From Geopsychrobacter sp. (GTDB lineage: Bacteria; Desulfobacterota; Desulfuromonadia; Desulfuromonadales; Geopsychrobacteraceae), in NCBI GenBank assembly GCA_041689145.1, contig JBDNGT010000103.1, forward strand, positions 1 through 43,159: a DNA stretch of 43,159 nucleotides. Reading direction: 5' to 3'. Position numbers and translations under genes: made by a program. This document shows positions 26,739 through 34,664 of this stretch, one piece after another (position 1 is the stretch's first letter; each line of letters starts with the position of its first letter). The notes under the pieces were generated by a model. That model was given only the letters and a program-made list of their open reading frames with translations, searched no databases and was not told where the DNA came from.

Positions 26739-28055
26739 TTAACGGCCTCTTGAGACCGAGGTCGGGCGTCCGGCTTGCGGGCGACGCCGCCCGGGTGCTG
26801 GGTTCTTGGCATTAGGACTGGCGCCGAACCCGTCCGGCCTGGGGCCTTTGCGCCCGGCAACAGACTTACTCGCAGGTTTAGCCGATTTCTGCTTCGGTGG
26901 TCTGGCAGGCTGAGCCGTCTTCTTAGGAGCGGGCACCGTATAATCGAAATCACTCAGGGTATGGCGCTCAATCTTTTGACCAAGGGCCTTTTCGATTTCA
27001 CGGACCATCTGGGTATCTTCGTTCGAGATCATGGTGAAAGCATCACCGGTCCGCGCGGCCCGTCCGGTACGACCGATACGGTGGACATAAGCCTCGGGAG
27101 TGTCGGGGATGTCGAAGTTAACCACATGGGAAATCTGGCTGACATCGATCCCGCGAGCGGCGATATCGGTCGCAACCAGGATTTGATAGCTGCCGTCACG
27201 GAAGCCGTTCAAGGCCGCCTGACGCCGGTTTTGCGACAGGTTCCCCTGTAAAGAAGCCGCTTTATAACCGACGTTACTCAGTTTTTCTCCGAGGCGCTTG
27301 GCGCGATGCTTGGTGCGGGTAAAAACCAGGACAGACTCGGTACTGGTCTTCTTCAGCAATTCCAGCAACAGATCGGTCTTCAGGTGTTGACCGACCGGAT
27401 AGAGGGCATGGCTGACGGTGGTCGCAGGAGCGAGAGAATCGACCTGGACGGTCTCCGGGTTTGTCAAAACCTCGTGGGCCAGACGGAGAATCTCTTTGGG
27501 CATGGTTGCCGAAAAGAGCAGGGTCTGTCGCTCTTTCGGGATCTGCTTGATGATCCGACGGATATCGGGCAGAAAACCCATATCGAACATCCGGTCGGCT
27601 TCATCGAGAACTAACATCTCAACATGGCTGAGATCAACGGTCCCCTGACTGATGTGATCGAGCAGGCGACCTGGGCAGGCCACGACGATATCGACGCCAC
27701 GGCGGAGCTTTTGCTTCTGAGGGTTAATACTGACACCGCCATATACTGTGAGACTGTGAACATTGGTCTGCTTGCCGAGAGTAATAATATTCTCGTTGAT
27801 CTGCTCGGCTAGCTCACGGGTCGGGGCGACGATCAGGGCACGAATTCGGCCATTCTCACCATCCATCAAGCGCTGCAAAATTGGCAAAACGAAGGCCGCG
27901 GTCTTGCCGGTGCCGGTCTGAGCCAAGCCCATAACATCACGTCCCAGCATAACCGGCGGAATTGCCTGAGTTTGAATCGGGGTCGGGGTGGTGTATCCAG
28001 ATGCGGTGATTCCTGCGGCGACCTTAGGGTTAAAATTAAAACTGTTGAAATCCAT
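26739..28055 (-). CDS. rhlE: DEAD-box RNA helicase (RhlE-like)
   Basis: Q motif, AQTGTGKT, PTRELA, DEAD, SAT, HRIGRTGR, basic C-terminal tail. AAGGA RBS before ATG 28055. Confidence 0.93.
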   Translation of the reverse strand: MDFNSFNFNPKVAAGITASGYTTPTPIQTQAIPPVMLGRDVMGLAQTGTGKTAAFVLPILQRLMDGENGRIRALIVAPTRELAEQINENIITLGKQTNVHSLTVYGGVSINPQKQKLRRGVDIVVACPGRLLDHISQGTVDLSHVEMLVLDEADRMFDMGFLPDIRRIIKQIPKERQTLLFSATMPKEILRLAHEVLTNPETVQVDSLAPATTVSHALYPVGQHLKTDLLLELLKKTSTESVLVFTRTKHRAKRLGEKLSNVGYKAASLQGNLSQNRRQAALNGFRDGSYQILVATDIAARGIDVSQISHVVNFDIPDTPEAYVHRIGRTGRAARTGDAFTMISNEDTQMVREIEKALGQKIERHTLSDFDYTVPAPKKTAQPARPPKQKSAKPASKSVAGRKGPRPDGFGASPNAKNPAPGRRRPQAGRPTSVSRGR

Positions 28056-28151
28056 AAATCCTTTTGGTTCTTCTCGTGGGCGATACCTGAATTTGTGCGT
28101 ATGCGGTACTTTTTTGCTAGTTGCTGTCAACGACACCCAAATTCAGCTAAT

Positions 28152-28180
28152 AAAAAAGCCCCGGTAGAATACCAGGGCTT
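28152..28180 (-). terminator. Intrinsic terminator inside the rhlE 5' leader (candidate attenuator)
   Basis: Minus strand aagccctggta-ttc-taccggggctttttt. Confidence 0.75.
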
Positions 28181-28221
28181 AAGATAATGTCGTTTCTTTT
28201 CCGGGGTAAAGCTAATAAAGA

Positions 28222-28250
28222 ATAGTAACAGAAGTGATGAAAACATGCAA
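28222..28250 (-). promoter_or_regulatory. sigma70 promoter for rhlE
   Basis: TTGCAT-N17-TACTAT on the minus strand, with a TG extension. Confidence 0.65.
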
Positions 28251-28321
28251 GCCATGTGGACCCTGTGTGGCTTACGAGGCAACTGCGATCAGCCTCCTTC
28301 GGCAGCAGATCCGGGATAGGC

Positions 28322-29227
28322 TTAACGCTTGACAAAATGCTGAATCGACAGCCCACGAGCCTGATCCGCTTCAGGAAAATCATCACCGGCGCCGATACAG
28401 GCCTGCTCACGCAGAGCAGGAAAATGAGTCGCAAAGGTATCGCGAAGATTGAGGGCCGACATCTGTGGGGCATTTAGACAGGCGATCACCTCTCCGCCAG
28501 GGGCAAGGAGCCGTTCAAGGCGGGCGACCAACTTCGGCCAGTGGGTTTCCGCAGTAAAACTCCTCCCCTGGCTAAAGGGGGGGTCGCAGATAATCAGATC
28601 AAAGGGGCCCAGCTTGCGCAAACGACTGATGCTGCGAAAGATTTCGAGGGGCAAAAAGGTCACGGCGCGCATATCGAGGCCGTTGTGCTCATGATTTTTG
28701 CGCCCCAATTCCAAGGCACCCCGATTCATATCGACATTGAGAACCTGCTGTGCACCAGCGTTCAGTGCCGCAACCGAAAAACTACAGCTATAGGCAAAAA
28801 GGTTGAGAATTTTCTTGTCGGGCGCCTGTTTTTGGACCAGTGCCCGCCCGGCCGCCATATCGATAAAAAAACCGATATTCTGGCCGACCTGCGGACGCAG
28901 TAAATAGTTCAAGCCGGTTTCTTTGGCTTGCGCTTGATCGGGCAGTTCACCATAGAGAAATTCAAGCGGGGCCTGGACTAAGTCGCGACGCTGCACAACG
29001 ATACAGGTCGCGTCAGGTCGCATGCTGCGCAACAATTCACCAAGCTGTGCCAGCCATTCGGATTGACGTTCGGCAAACAGGGTCACCCAGAGCAGCGACC
29101 CGTAACTGTCAATCAACAGATCCTGATACCCGGGGAGAGTTCTCCCGCGTCCATGAAACATCCGGCGAACCTGACCATTCAACGGCAGGTGGGCAGCAAT
29201 CTCGGTTTTAATGATCTGCATAGACAT
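28322..29227 (-). CDS. Class I SAM-dependent methyltransferase (RlmI/RlmK-like)
   Basis: RRMFHGRG, QNIGFFIDM, LNLFAYSCSFS, ICDPP. Confidence 0.88.
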   Translation of the reverse strand: MSMQIIKTEIAAHLPLNGQVRRMFHGRGRTLPGYQDLLIDSYGSLLWVTLFAERQSEWLAQLGELLRSMRPDATCIVVQRRDLVQAPLEFLYGELPDQAQAKETGLNYLLRPQVGQNIGFFIDMAAGRALVQKQAPDKKILNLFAYSCSFSVAALNAGAQQVLNVDMNRGALELGRKNHEHNGLDMRAVTFLPLEIFRSISRLRKLGPFDLIICDPPFSQGRSFTAETHWPKLVARLERLLAPGGEVIACLNAPQMSALNLRDTFATHFPALREQACIGAGDDFPEADQARGLSIQHFVKR

Positions 29228-29233
29228 AATCCT

Positions 29234-29410
29234 ATCGGGTAGGAGGCGGGGTTACCCCCGCCGTCCTCCCCCACCAGCATGCGTACGGTTCCGTACACGG
29301 CGGTTCACGAAGGGTGTTGAAAACGATGGAGCTGATTCATATAACTGAACAGTCCCACCTTCGAACAAACCCGCCTGCAGGTAGCGACGGATGAGCCGTA
29401 GCACCTGCCA
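29234..29410 (-). mobile_element. Group IIC intron remnant (domains V-VI plus collapsed RT/maturase ORF)
   Basis: Minus strand GAACCGCCGTGTACGGAACCGTACGCATGCTGGTGGGGGAGGACGGCGGGGGTAACCCCGCCTCCTACCCGAT is DV plus DVI with the bulged A and AT end. Upstream are the IEP fragments VLRLIRRYLQAGLFEGG and GLFSYMNQLHRFQHPS*. Confidence 0.9.
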
Positions 29411-29522
29411 GGATAATTATCGCCGGACCGGACAGGATAATTATCGCCGAACAGGCCTGTCAAATTTGCAACTTTACAAGCCTGACCCTCAAGCCTGACC
29501 CTGAGATTCCACTGAGATTCCA
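29409..29522. repeat. Three adjacent short direct duplications
   Basis: caggataattatcgccg x2 (29409-29425, 29433-29449), caagcctgaccct x2 (29477-29502), ctgagattcca x2 (29501-29522). Confidence 0.85.
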
Positions 29523-29565
29523 CAGGTGAGTTCCAGTTTTTGTTTTTTGGTCATGTGCCTATCCC

Positions 29566-29666
29566 GTAGGGGCGCCCCTTGCGGGTGCCCTGATTGTCAT
29601 TGTTTTTAATCCATGATCCAGAAACCCCGAATTTCAGAACCGGATACCCGCGAGGGGTATCCCTAC
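29566..29666. repeat. Inverted pair of GTAG-family REP sequences (REP doublet)
   Basis: GTAG-GGGCGCCCCTTGCGGGTGCCC on + (29566-29590) and GTAG-GGATACCCCTCGCGGGTATCC on - (29642-29666). Confidence 0.85.
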
Positions 29667-29762
29667 AAACATCGGGATTCGCTGGCGTTTAATTAGCAGG
29701 TTAAGCAGCGGAGGTCTGACCATCTCTGTTTTACCATCGGGATACATTACGCGGATCATCAT
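29634..29762 (-). pseudogene. GSU3473-family gene truncated at the REP doublet
   Basis: Strong AAGGAGGT RBS. MMIRVMYPDGKTEMVRPPLLNLLIKRQRIPMF runs into the REP and lacks the RRSxGW half present in the paralog at 31065-31262. Confidence 0.8.
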
Positions 29763-29845
29763 AGAACACCTCCTTTTCAGAACTTTTCTTCGATTTTACC
29801 ACCACTGGCAAAGATTGCAAAAAAACCTCCACAAACAGAATCGGC

Positions 29846-30370
29846 TTAATCGAGCGGCACCAGTAGCCCCCCGCATTCGCGGTGCAACCAACGCTGTTTT
29901 TGAGGCAAGCGCCGCAGACGCTTAAAGAGTAAGCCGCAACGCTTGCAGCGAGCCACCGGCTTGAGCCGCTCGTAATAAAGATTCCGCATCGCAACCGAAC
30001 TCCCGCTCTCGCTATCAGCGCCAACAAGTTTCAGCCAAGATTGAAAACTGTACCCGTGGGGATTACGGTAAGACCCTTTGGTGTGACGGGTTTGATGGTC
30101 CAAAAAATGGGCAATTTCATGTAGCAGGGTCTGTTCTAACTGATTCTCCTCCTGAACGAATTGAAGTCGAATTGACAGCGCCTTTGATCCACGGCAACTA
30201 TACGAACCCAGCCGGGTGACCGCATGACTCTTCTTTAACGGCAGTTGTTGCAGTTGGATGAGGAGCTCTTCGCCCCTGGTTCTACCCAACTCCTCGATGA
30301 CCTGCCCCTGCAGAAATTCAAAGAGACCGAGAAAATACAATAATTCGCCAACCGTCAAACAATTCAGCAT
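29846..30370 (-). CDS. SprT-like zinc metalloprotease with C-terminal zinc ribbon
   Basis: TLLHEIAHF, PHG..F, CKRC...HREC. Confidence 0.85.
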   Translation of the reverse strand: MLNCLTVGELLYFLGLFEFLQGQVIEELGRTRGEELLIQLQQLPLKKSHAVTRLGSYSCRGSKALSIRLQFVQEENQLEQTLLHEIAHFLDHQTRHTKGSYRNPHGYSFQSWLKLVGADSESGSSVAMRNLYYERLKPVARCKRCGLLFKRLRRLPQKQRWLHRECGGLLVPLD

Positions 30371-31029
30371 CCCCTGCCCGCTTGCTGCTTCTTAGCTGCC
30401 TGGCGTAAAAACTCCGGAGCGCGACTGCACGAAACCTGACCAAGACGTTGCAATAAATGAAAGGGGACCTCAGTAAACCCGTAGCACGTGCGCAATTCTT
30501 GTTCAAGGCGCGTCCAGAGTGCCGCGGTCATGCCGGCATCAGCAAGTGCACGATGAAAATGGCGAGCGGTTGGCAATTCAAGGTAGCTGACCAGGGTACT
30601 GAGTTTGTGATTGGGCGCAGCAGGGAAAACACGCCGCGCCGCGAGCATCGAACAGCCAAATTGTGAGGGGACAGGTTGACGATAGCGTTCGAACTCCGCT
30701 TCAAGAAAACGCATATCAAATGAGGCATTATGCGCCACCAGCGGCGAACTCCCAATGAATCGCTGAAAATTCGGGATGATCTGACGCGCAACGGGGGCAT
30801 CTGCAAGCATCTGGGCGCTGATACCGGTCAGATCGGTGATAAAGGGGTCGAGGAACATCTCGGGATTAATCAGGGATTGGAATTGGTCGACAATCGACCC
30901 GTCTACAAGCCGCACAGCAGCGACCTCGATCACCCTGTCCCCCTGTTGCGGGGACATGCCGGTTGTCTCAAAATCAAAAACCACCACCGAACAGCTGTCA
31001 TTGGTAACAAAAAGCTGGCCTTGATTCAT
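30364..31029 (-). CDS. DEDDh 3'-5' exonuclease (DnaQ/epsilon-like)
   Basis: VFDFETTG, VAHNASFD, HRALADA. Confidence 0.93.
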   Translation of the reverse strand: MNQGQLFVTNDSCSVVVFDFETTGMSPQQGDRVIEVAAVRLVDGSIVDQFQSLINPEMFLDPFITDLTGISAQMLADAPVARQIIPNFQRFIGSSPLVAHNASFDMRFLEAEFERYRQPVPSQFGCSMLAARRVFPAAPNHKLSTLVSYLELPTARHFHRALADAGMTAALWTRLEQELRTCYGFTEVPFHLLQRLGQVSCSRAPEFLRQAAKKQQAGRGC

Positions 31030-31064
31030 CTAAGTTACACAATCAAATCGAAAGAGAAAAGAAA

Positions 31065-31262
31065 TCAGTCTTCAAAATTGCCACGACGCTCAGGGCCACG
31101 ATAATTGCCGCGCAGCGTACTGCGGAGGCTGTCTTGGCTCAAATCAACCCAACCACTGGAACGGCGGAACTGAGTGGTGCGCCGCGCATTGATCAACTCC
31201 TGAAGCTCGCGCGGTCTCACCAGTTCGATTCGGCCATCAATAAATCTCACCTTAATTTGCAT
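31065..31262 (-). CDS. GSU3473 family small protein
   Basis: MQIKVRFIDG...V....L..LI......FRRSSGWV...D.LR.....YRGPERR. Confidence 0.85.
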   Translation of the reverse strand: MQIKVRFIDGRIELVRPRELQELINARRTTQFRRSSGWVDLSQDSLRSTLRGNYRGPERRGNFED

Positions 31263-31317
31263 GTTTTCCCTAGGAAAATTAGTCCTTACTTATTTCTACT
31301 TTATCTTTAACTGTTTT

Positions 31318-32412
31318 TCAATCGAGGAAACTATCAATTTTTTCAAAATCGAGTCTTTGTTCGGCAAGCTTCTTAATCAAGTCAATTTTTTCGGTGTCTT
31401 CAGCGACAACCTTGGAAACATCTTCTTTGACCATTTCAAACACGGTCGTTGAAGTTCGACCGGCGCGCATATAAGGAATCCCGCTGCTATCGATGATGCG
31501 CTGGGTGATGGCACTGATCGGTCCGACACCGGGGATAATGATGCCCGCCAGTTTATCGCAGTATTCTGGTAGTTTATAGAGATTCGCCAGGGTGACCAGT
31601 AATTCATCGCGGCTGGAATTGACGATCAACAAGGTCGATTCCTTAAGCAGACCAGCAACCCGTTGAGTCGAGGCCGCACCGATTTGAATATTATGCGCGA
31701 TCCGCTGAGATTCTTCTTCGCTACAATGCAATTCGATATTGAGCACCCCGGCAATCCGCCTGAGGGTCGGATTAGCAAGGATCGGCTGATAATTAAAACC
31801 ACCAATTACATCGACATCGGTATCGGCAAAAGCGAGATCGAGATAACGCAGGGTCTGCTCGCGCTTGCAGGGTATAATCTTGTTAACAAGCAATGATTTG
31901 ACTGGAACTTTCTCTTTTTCGAATAGTGCCATATTCATGCAAGCCGCATCGACCACGTTCCCCAAGCCGCCGCCGGTTACCATCATCACCGGGGCATCCG
32001 CCAACTTGGCGATCCGCGCATTATTACAACCGAGGACCGAACCTACCCCGGCATGTCCGGCGCCTTCGATGATCAGGAAATCATTTTTACGTGAGAGGAT
32101 ATCGATCGCGTCTGCGATCCGATAAAGAATTTTTTCGCGGGTTATATCGCCGTTGAGCACGCGCTTGGTGTCACCAGGATGCAACACAAAGGGGGACATC
32201 AAAAACAGATCAGCCTCAAGGCCAAAGACCTTGGCGATAAGGATGGCATCTTTGTCGGCAATAATTCCATCATGCTCAGACGGCTTGGGTCCGATCGGTT
32301 TGATAAAACCGACTTTGCCATATTTTTTCATTGCCATATGCATCAACGAAAGGCTAGTTGTGGTTTTCCCACTGTTCTGCCCGGTTGCGGCGATAAAGAT
32401 CTTTCGTGCCAT
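31318..32412 (-). CDS. BioD/CobQ-like P-loop plus DRTGG protein (phosphotransacetylase N-terminal-like)
   Basis: IFIAATGQNSGKTT, GFIKPIG, IIEGAGH, LVNK, C-terminal DRTGG-like region. No PTA catalytic domain. Confidence 0.85.
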   Translation of the reverse strand: MARKIFIAATGQNSGKTTTSLSLMHMAMKKYGKVGFIKPIGPKPSEHDGIIADKDAILIAKVFGLEADLFLMSPFVLHPGDTKRVLNGDITREKILYRIADAIDILSRKNDFLIIEGAGHAGVGSVLGCNNARIAKLADAPVMMVTGGGLGNVVDAACMNMALFEKEKVPVKSLLVNKIIPCKREQTLRYLDLAFADTDVDVIGGFNYQPILANPTLRRIAGVLNIELHCSEEESQRIAHNIQIGAASTQRVAGLLKESTLLIVNSSRDELLVTLANLYKLPEYCDKLAGIIIPGVGPISAITQRIIDSSGIPYMRAGRTSTTVFEMVKEDVSKVVAEDTEKIDLIKKLAEQRLDFEKIDSFLD

Positions 32413-32507
32413 TAAGTTTCGAGCTCCGTTGAAAATTCTAGATATCACCTTAAGTGAGAATGGCTTTGCGGCGCAAGGTGCCACGTATACAAACGGACTG
32501 CAAGCCC

Positions 32508-33296
32508 TTATTGCCGTGCCGGAAAGAGTTGCAAAAGAGCAAAGAGCAGGGTTGCCGCAACCACGATTGAGGGTCCGGCCGGTGTGTCAAACTGCCAGGA
32601 GCCGTAGAGTCCGCCGCTGACCGAAAGAGCCCCGGCAAGAACGGCCAGCACCGCCATCTGTTCAGGTGAGCGGGATAGCCGACGCACCGCGGCCGCCGGC
32701 AAGATAAAGAGCGAGGTGATCAGCAACAGGCCGACAACCTTCATCATGATTGCGACGACCAACGCCAGCAGACAGGAAAACGATAATTGAACCAGATCGA
32801 CGCGCACTCCCTCGACCCGTGCCAGGTCTTCGTGCAAGGTAATCGCCAACAACGGCCGCCAGAGCAGCATCAGTAGCCCGAGGGCAATAATGGCGCTGGC
32901 ATAAATCAGCAGGATGTCCCTGTTGCCAACCGCAAGAATATCGCCAAACAGATAGGCGAGCAGATCAATGCGCAATTCCTCCATGAAGGCGATCGCCACC
33001 AGACCGAGGGAGAGTGTGCTATGGGACAGAATACCGAGCAGGGTATCAGACGGCAGCCGTTGTTGACGCTGGAGAAAGAAGAGTAACAACGCGACCAGCA
33101 GACAGACCAGCATCACCGCCAGCATCGGATCAACCTGGAGCAAAAAACCGAGGGCCACTCCGAGCAGCGCCGAGTGGGCCAGGGTGTCACCGAAGTAGGC
33201 CATCCGGCGCCAGACGACAAAGGTCCCGTAAGGTCCGGCGACCAGCGCAACGCCGATCCCGGCGGCCAGGGCACGGAGCATGAAATCAGCGGGCAT
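32508..33296 (-). CDS. znuB: Zinc ABC transporter permease
   Basis: VVWRRMAYFGDTLAHSALLG, YLFGDIL, DTPAGPSIV. Confidence 0.95.
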   Translation of the reverse strand: MPADFMLRALAAGIGVALVAGPYGTFVVWRRMAYFGDTLAHSALLGVALGFLLQVDPMLAVMLVCLLVALLLFFLQRQQRLPSDTLLGILSHSTLSLGLVAIAFMEELRIDLLAYLFGDILAVGNRDILLIYASAIIALGLLMLLWRPLLAITLHEDLARVEGVRVDLVQLSFSCLLALVVAIMMKVVGLLLITSLFILPAAAVRRLSRSPEQMAVLAVLAGALSVSGGLYGSWQFDTPAGPSIVVAATLLFALLQLFPARQ

Positions 33297-34068
33297 CGCG
33301 CCCCTCCTCTCCCAGCGGACAACTGCAGCCCTGATGCGGACAGCTCCCATGCTGATGCTGGGCATCATGACTGTAGATTGCGAGGTGGGGTAAGACCGCC
33401 GGGCCGAACATTTTTAAAAACTGAGCATCTTGCTGCACCGCCGCGGGAGTTCCGGTGCAGCAGACATGTTGGTTCAGACAGATCACCCGATCAGTCGATG
33501 ACATCACCAGATGCAGATCGTGTGAAACCATCAGGACCGCACAGCCGAAATTATCGCGCAACCGGCCGATCAGGTCGTAAAGCTCAACCTGGCCCTGCAC
33601 ATCGACCCCCTGAACTGGCTCGTCAAGTGCCAATAACTGTGGTCGGCGCAGCAGAGCCCTGCCCAGCAGCACGCGTTGCAACTCACCACCCGACAGATCG
33701 GCCAAACTGGCGTTGAGCAACCGCCCGGCACCGACCTCATCAAGAGATTGTTGCATCTGCTGCTCCGAGTAATGACCGATCAGACGCATGAAGCGCGCAA
33801 CACTTAAAGGGAAGGTCCGGTCGACGACCAATTTCTGGGGCATGTAGCCGATCCGCAGATCAGCACTGCGTTTGACCAGACCGGTGTCGGCTTGCAATAG
33901 ACCTAGTGCAACCTTAAGCAAGCTGGTCTTCCCCGCACCATTGGGTCCGATCAGGGTTATAATTTCACCCGGATCAATCTGGAAGCTGACATTTTCAAGG
34001 ATATGACGACCTTGCCGTACCAGACAGATGCCCTCGAGATCTAAGAGCGGTTCAGCCGATTCAACCAT
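33286..34068 (-). CDS. znuC: Zinc ABC transporter ATP-binding protein
   Basis: GPNGAGKT, LSGGELQR, VSHDLHLV, CLNQHVCC, His/Cys-rich tail. Confidence 0.95.
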   Translation of the reverse strand: MVESAEPLLDLEGICLVRQGRHILENVSFQIDPGEIITLIGPNGAGKTSLLKVALGLLQADTGLVKRSADLRIGYMPQKLVVDRTFPLSVARFMRLIGHYSEQQMQQSLDEVGAGRLLNASLADLSGGELQRVLLGRALLRRPQLLALDEPVQGVDVQGQVELYDLIGRLRDNFGCAVLMVSHDLHLVMSSTDRVICLNQHVCCTGTPAAVQQDAQFLKMFGPAVLPHLAIYSHDAQHQHGSCPHQGCSCPLGEEGRDAR

Positions 34069-34573
34069 TAGTCTGTTCCTTCTGGCGGCAGCCTGCGCAG
34101 AGGCCCATGACTTCTACGGTCTGATTCAGGGCGGTAAACCCAGCCGTAAGTGCGCTGTGGTGGATGGCTCGGCTGATTTTTGGATCGGCAATTTCGGCGA
34201 GGCTGCGGCAGGATAGACAAATCAGGAATTGGCCCTGATGCGGCTGCTGTGGCTGAGCACAACCAACAAAAGCATTCAGGGATTCAAGTCGATGGATCAG
34301 TCCCTGCTGTTGGAGGAAATCGAGCGCCCGATAAACGGTTGGCGGGGCAACTCGTCCCTGCTGCTGTAACTGTTCAAGCAGATCATAAGCCCCGACCGGT
34401 CGATGCTTCTGCCAAACCAGTTCAAGTACCCGGCGGCGGATCGGCGTCAAGCGGACATGCTGACGTTGACAGATCATCTCCGCCTGCTCCAACGCCATGC
34501 TCACGCACTGAGGGTGAACACTTGGAGTACATTCAAAAGGATCTTGAATAGGTTCGGTTATGGGTTCACGCAT
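34061..34573 (-). CDS. zur: Zinc uptake regulator (Fur family)
   Basis: RLTPIRRRVL, AYDLL, APPTVYRALDFL, HRLESLNAFVGC, two CxxC motifs. Confidence 0.94.
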   Translation of the reverse strand: MREPITEPIQDPFECTPSVHPQCVSMALEQAEMICQRQHVRLTPIRRRVLELVWQKHRPVGAYDLLEQLQQQGRVAPPTVYRALDFLQQQGLIHRLESLNAFVGCAQPQQPHQGQFLICLSCRSLAEIADPKISRAIHHSALTAGFTALNQTVEVMGLCAGCRQKEQTNG

Positions 34574-34595
34574 AGGTTCTTGGCTCCCGCTACAA

Positions 34596-34614
34596 AATGT
34601 TATAGTATAACATT
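34596..34614. promoter_or_regulatory. Zur box
   Basis: Perfect palindrome AATGTTATA-G-TATAACATT between divergent zur-znuCB and znuA. Matches the proteobacterial Zur consensus GAAATGTTATA-N-TATAACATTTC. Confidence 0.93.
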
Positions 34615-34664
34615 ACATCAAGCCGCCGATTTTGTCCTGCCTCTATTTACCTTGGATCTTCAGC

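Noticed and set aside
29409-29522. Possible mini CRISPR array
   Set aside because: Each repeat occurs only twice, the units differ from one another, spacers are 0-7 bp, and there are no cas genes.
29305-29523. 72-aa ORF from the ORF track as a real gene
   Set aside because: It is a chance read-through of tandem duplications into the intron maturase tail.
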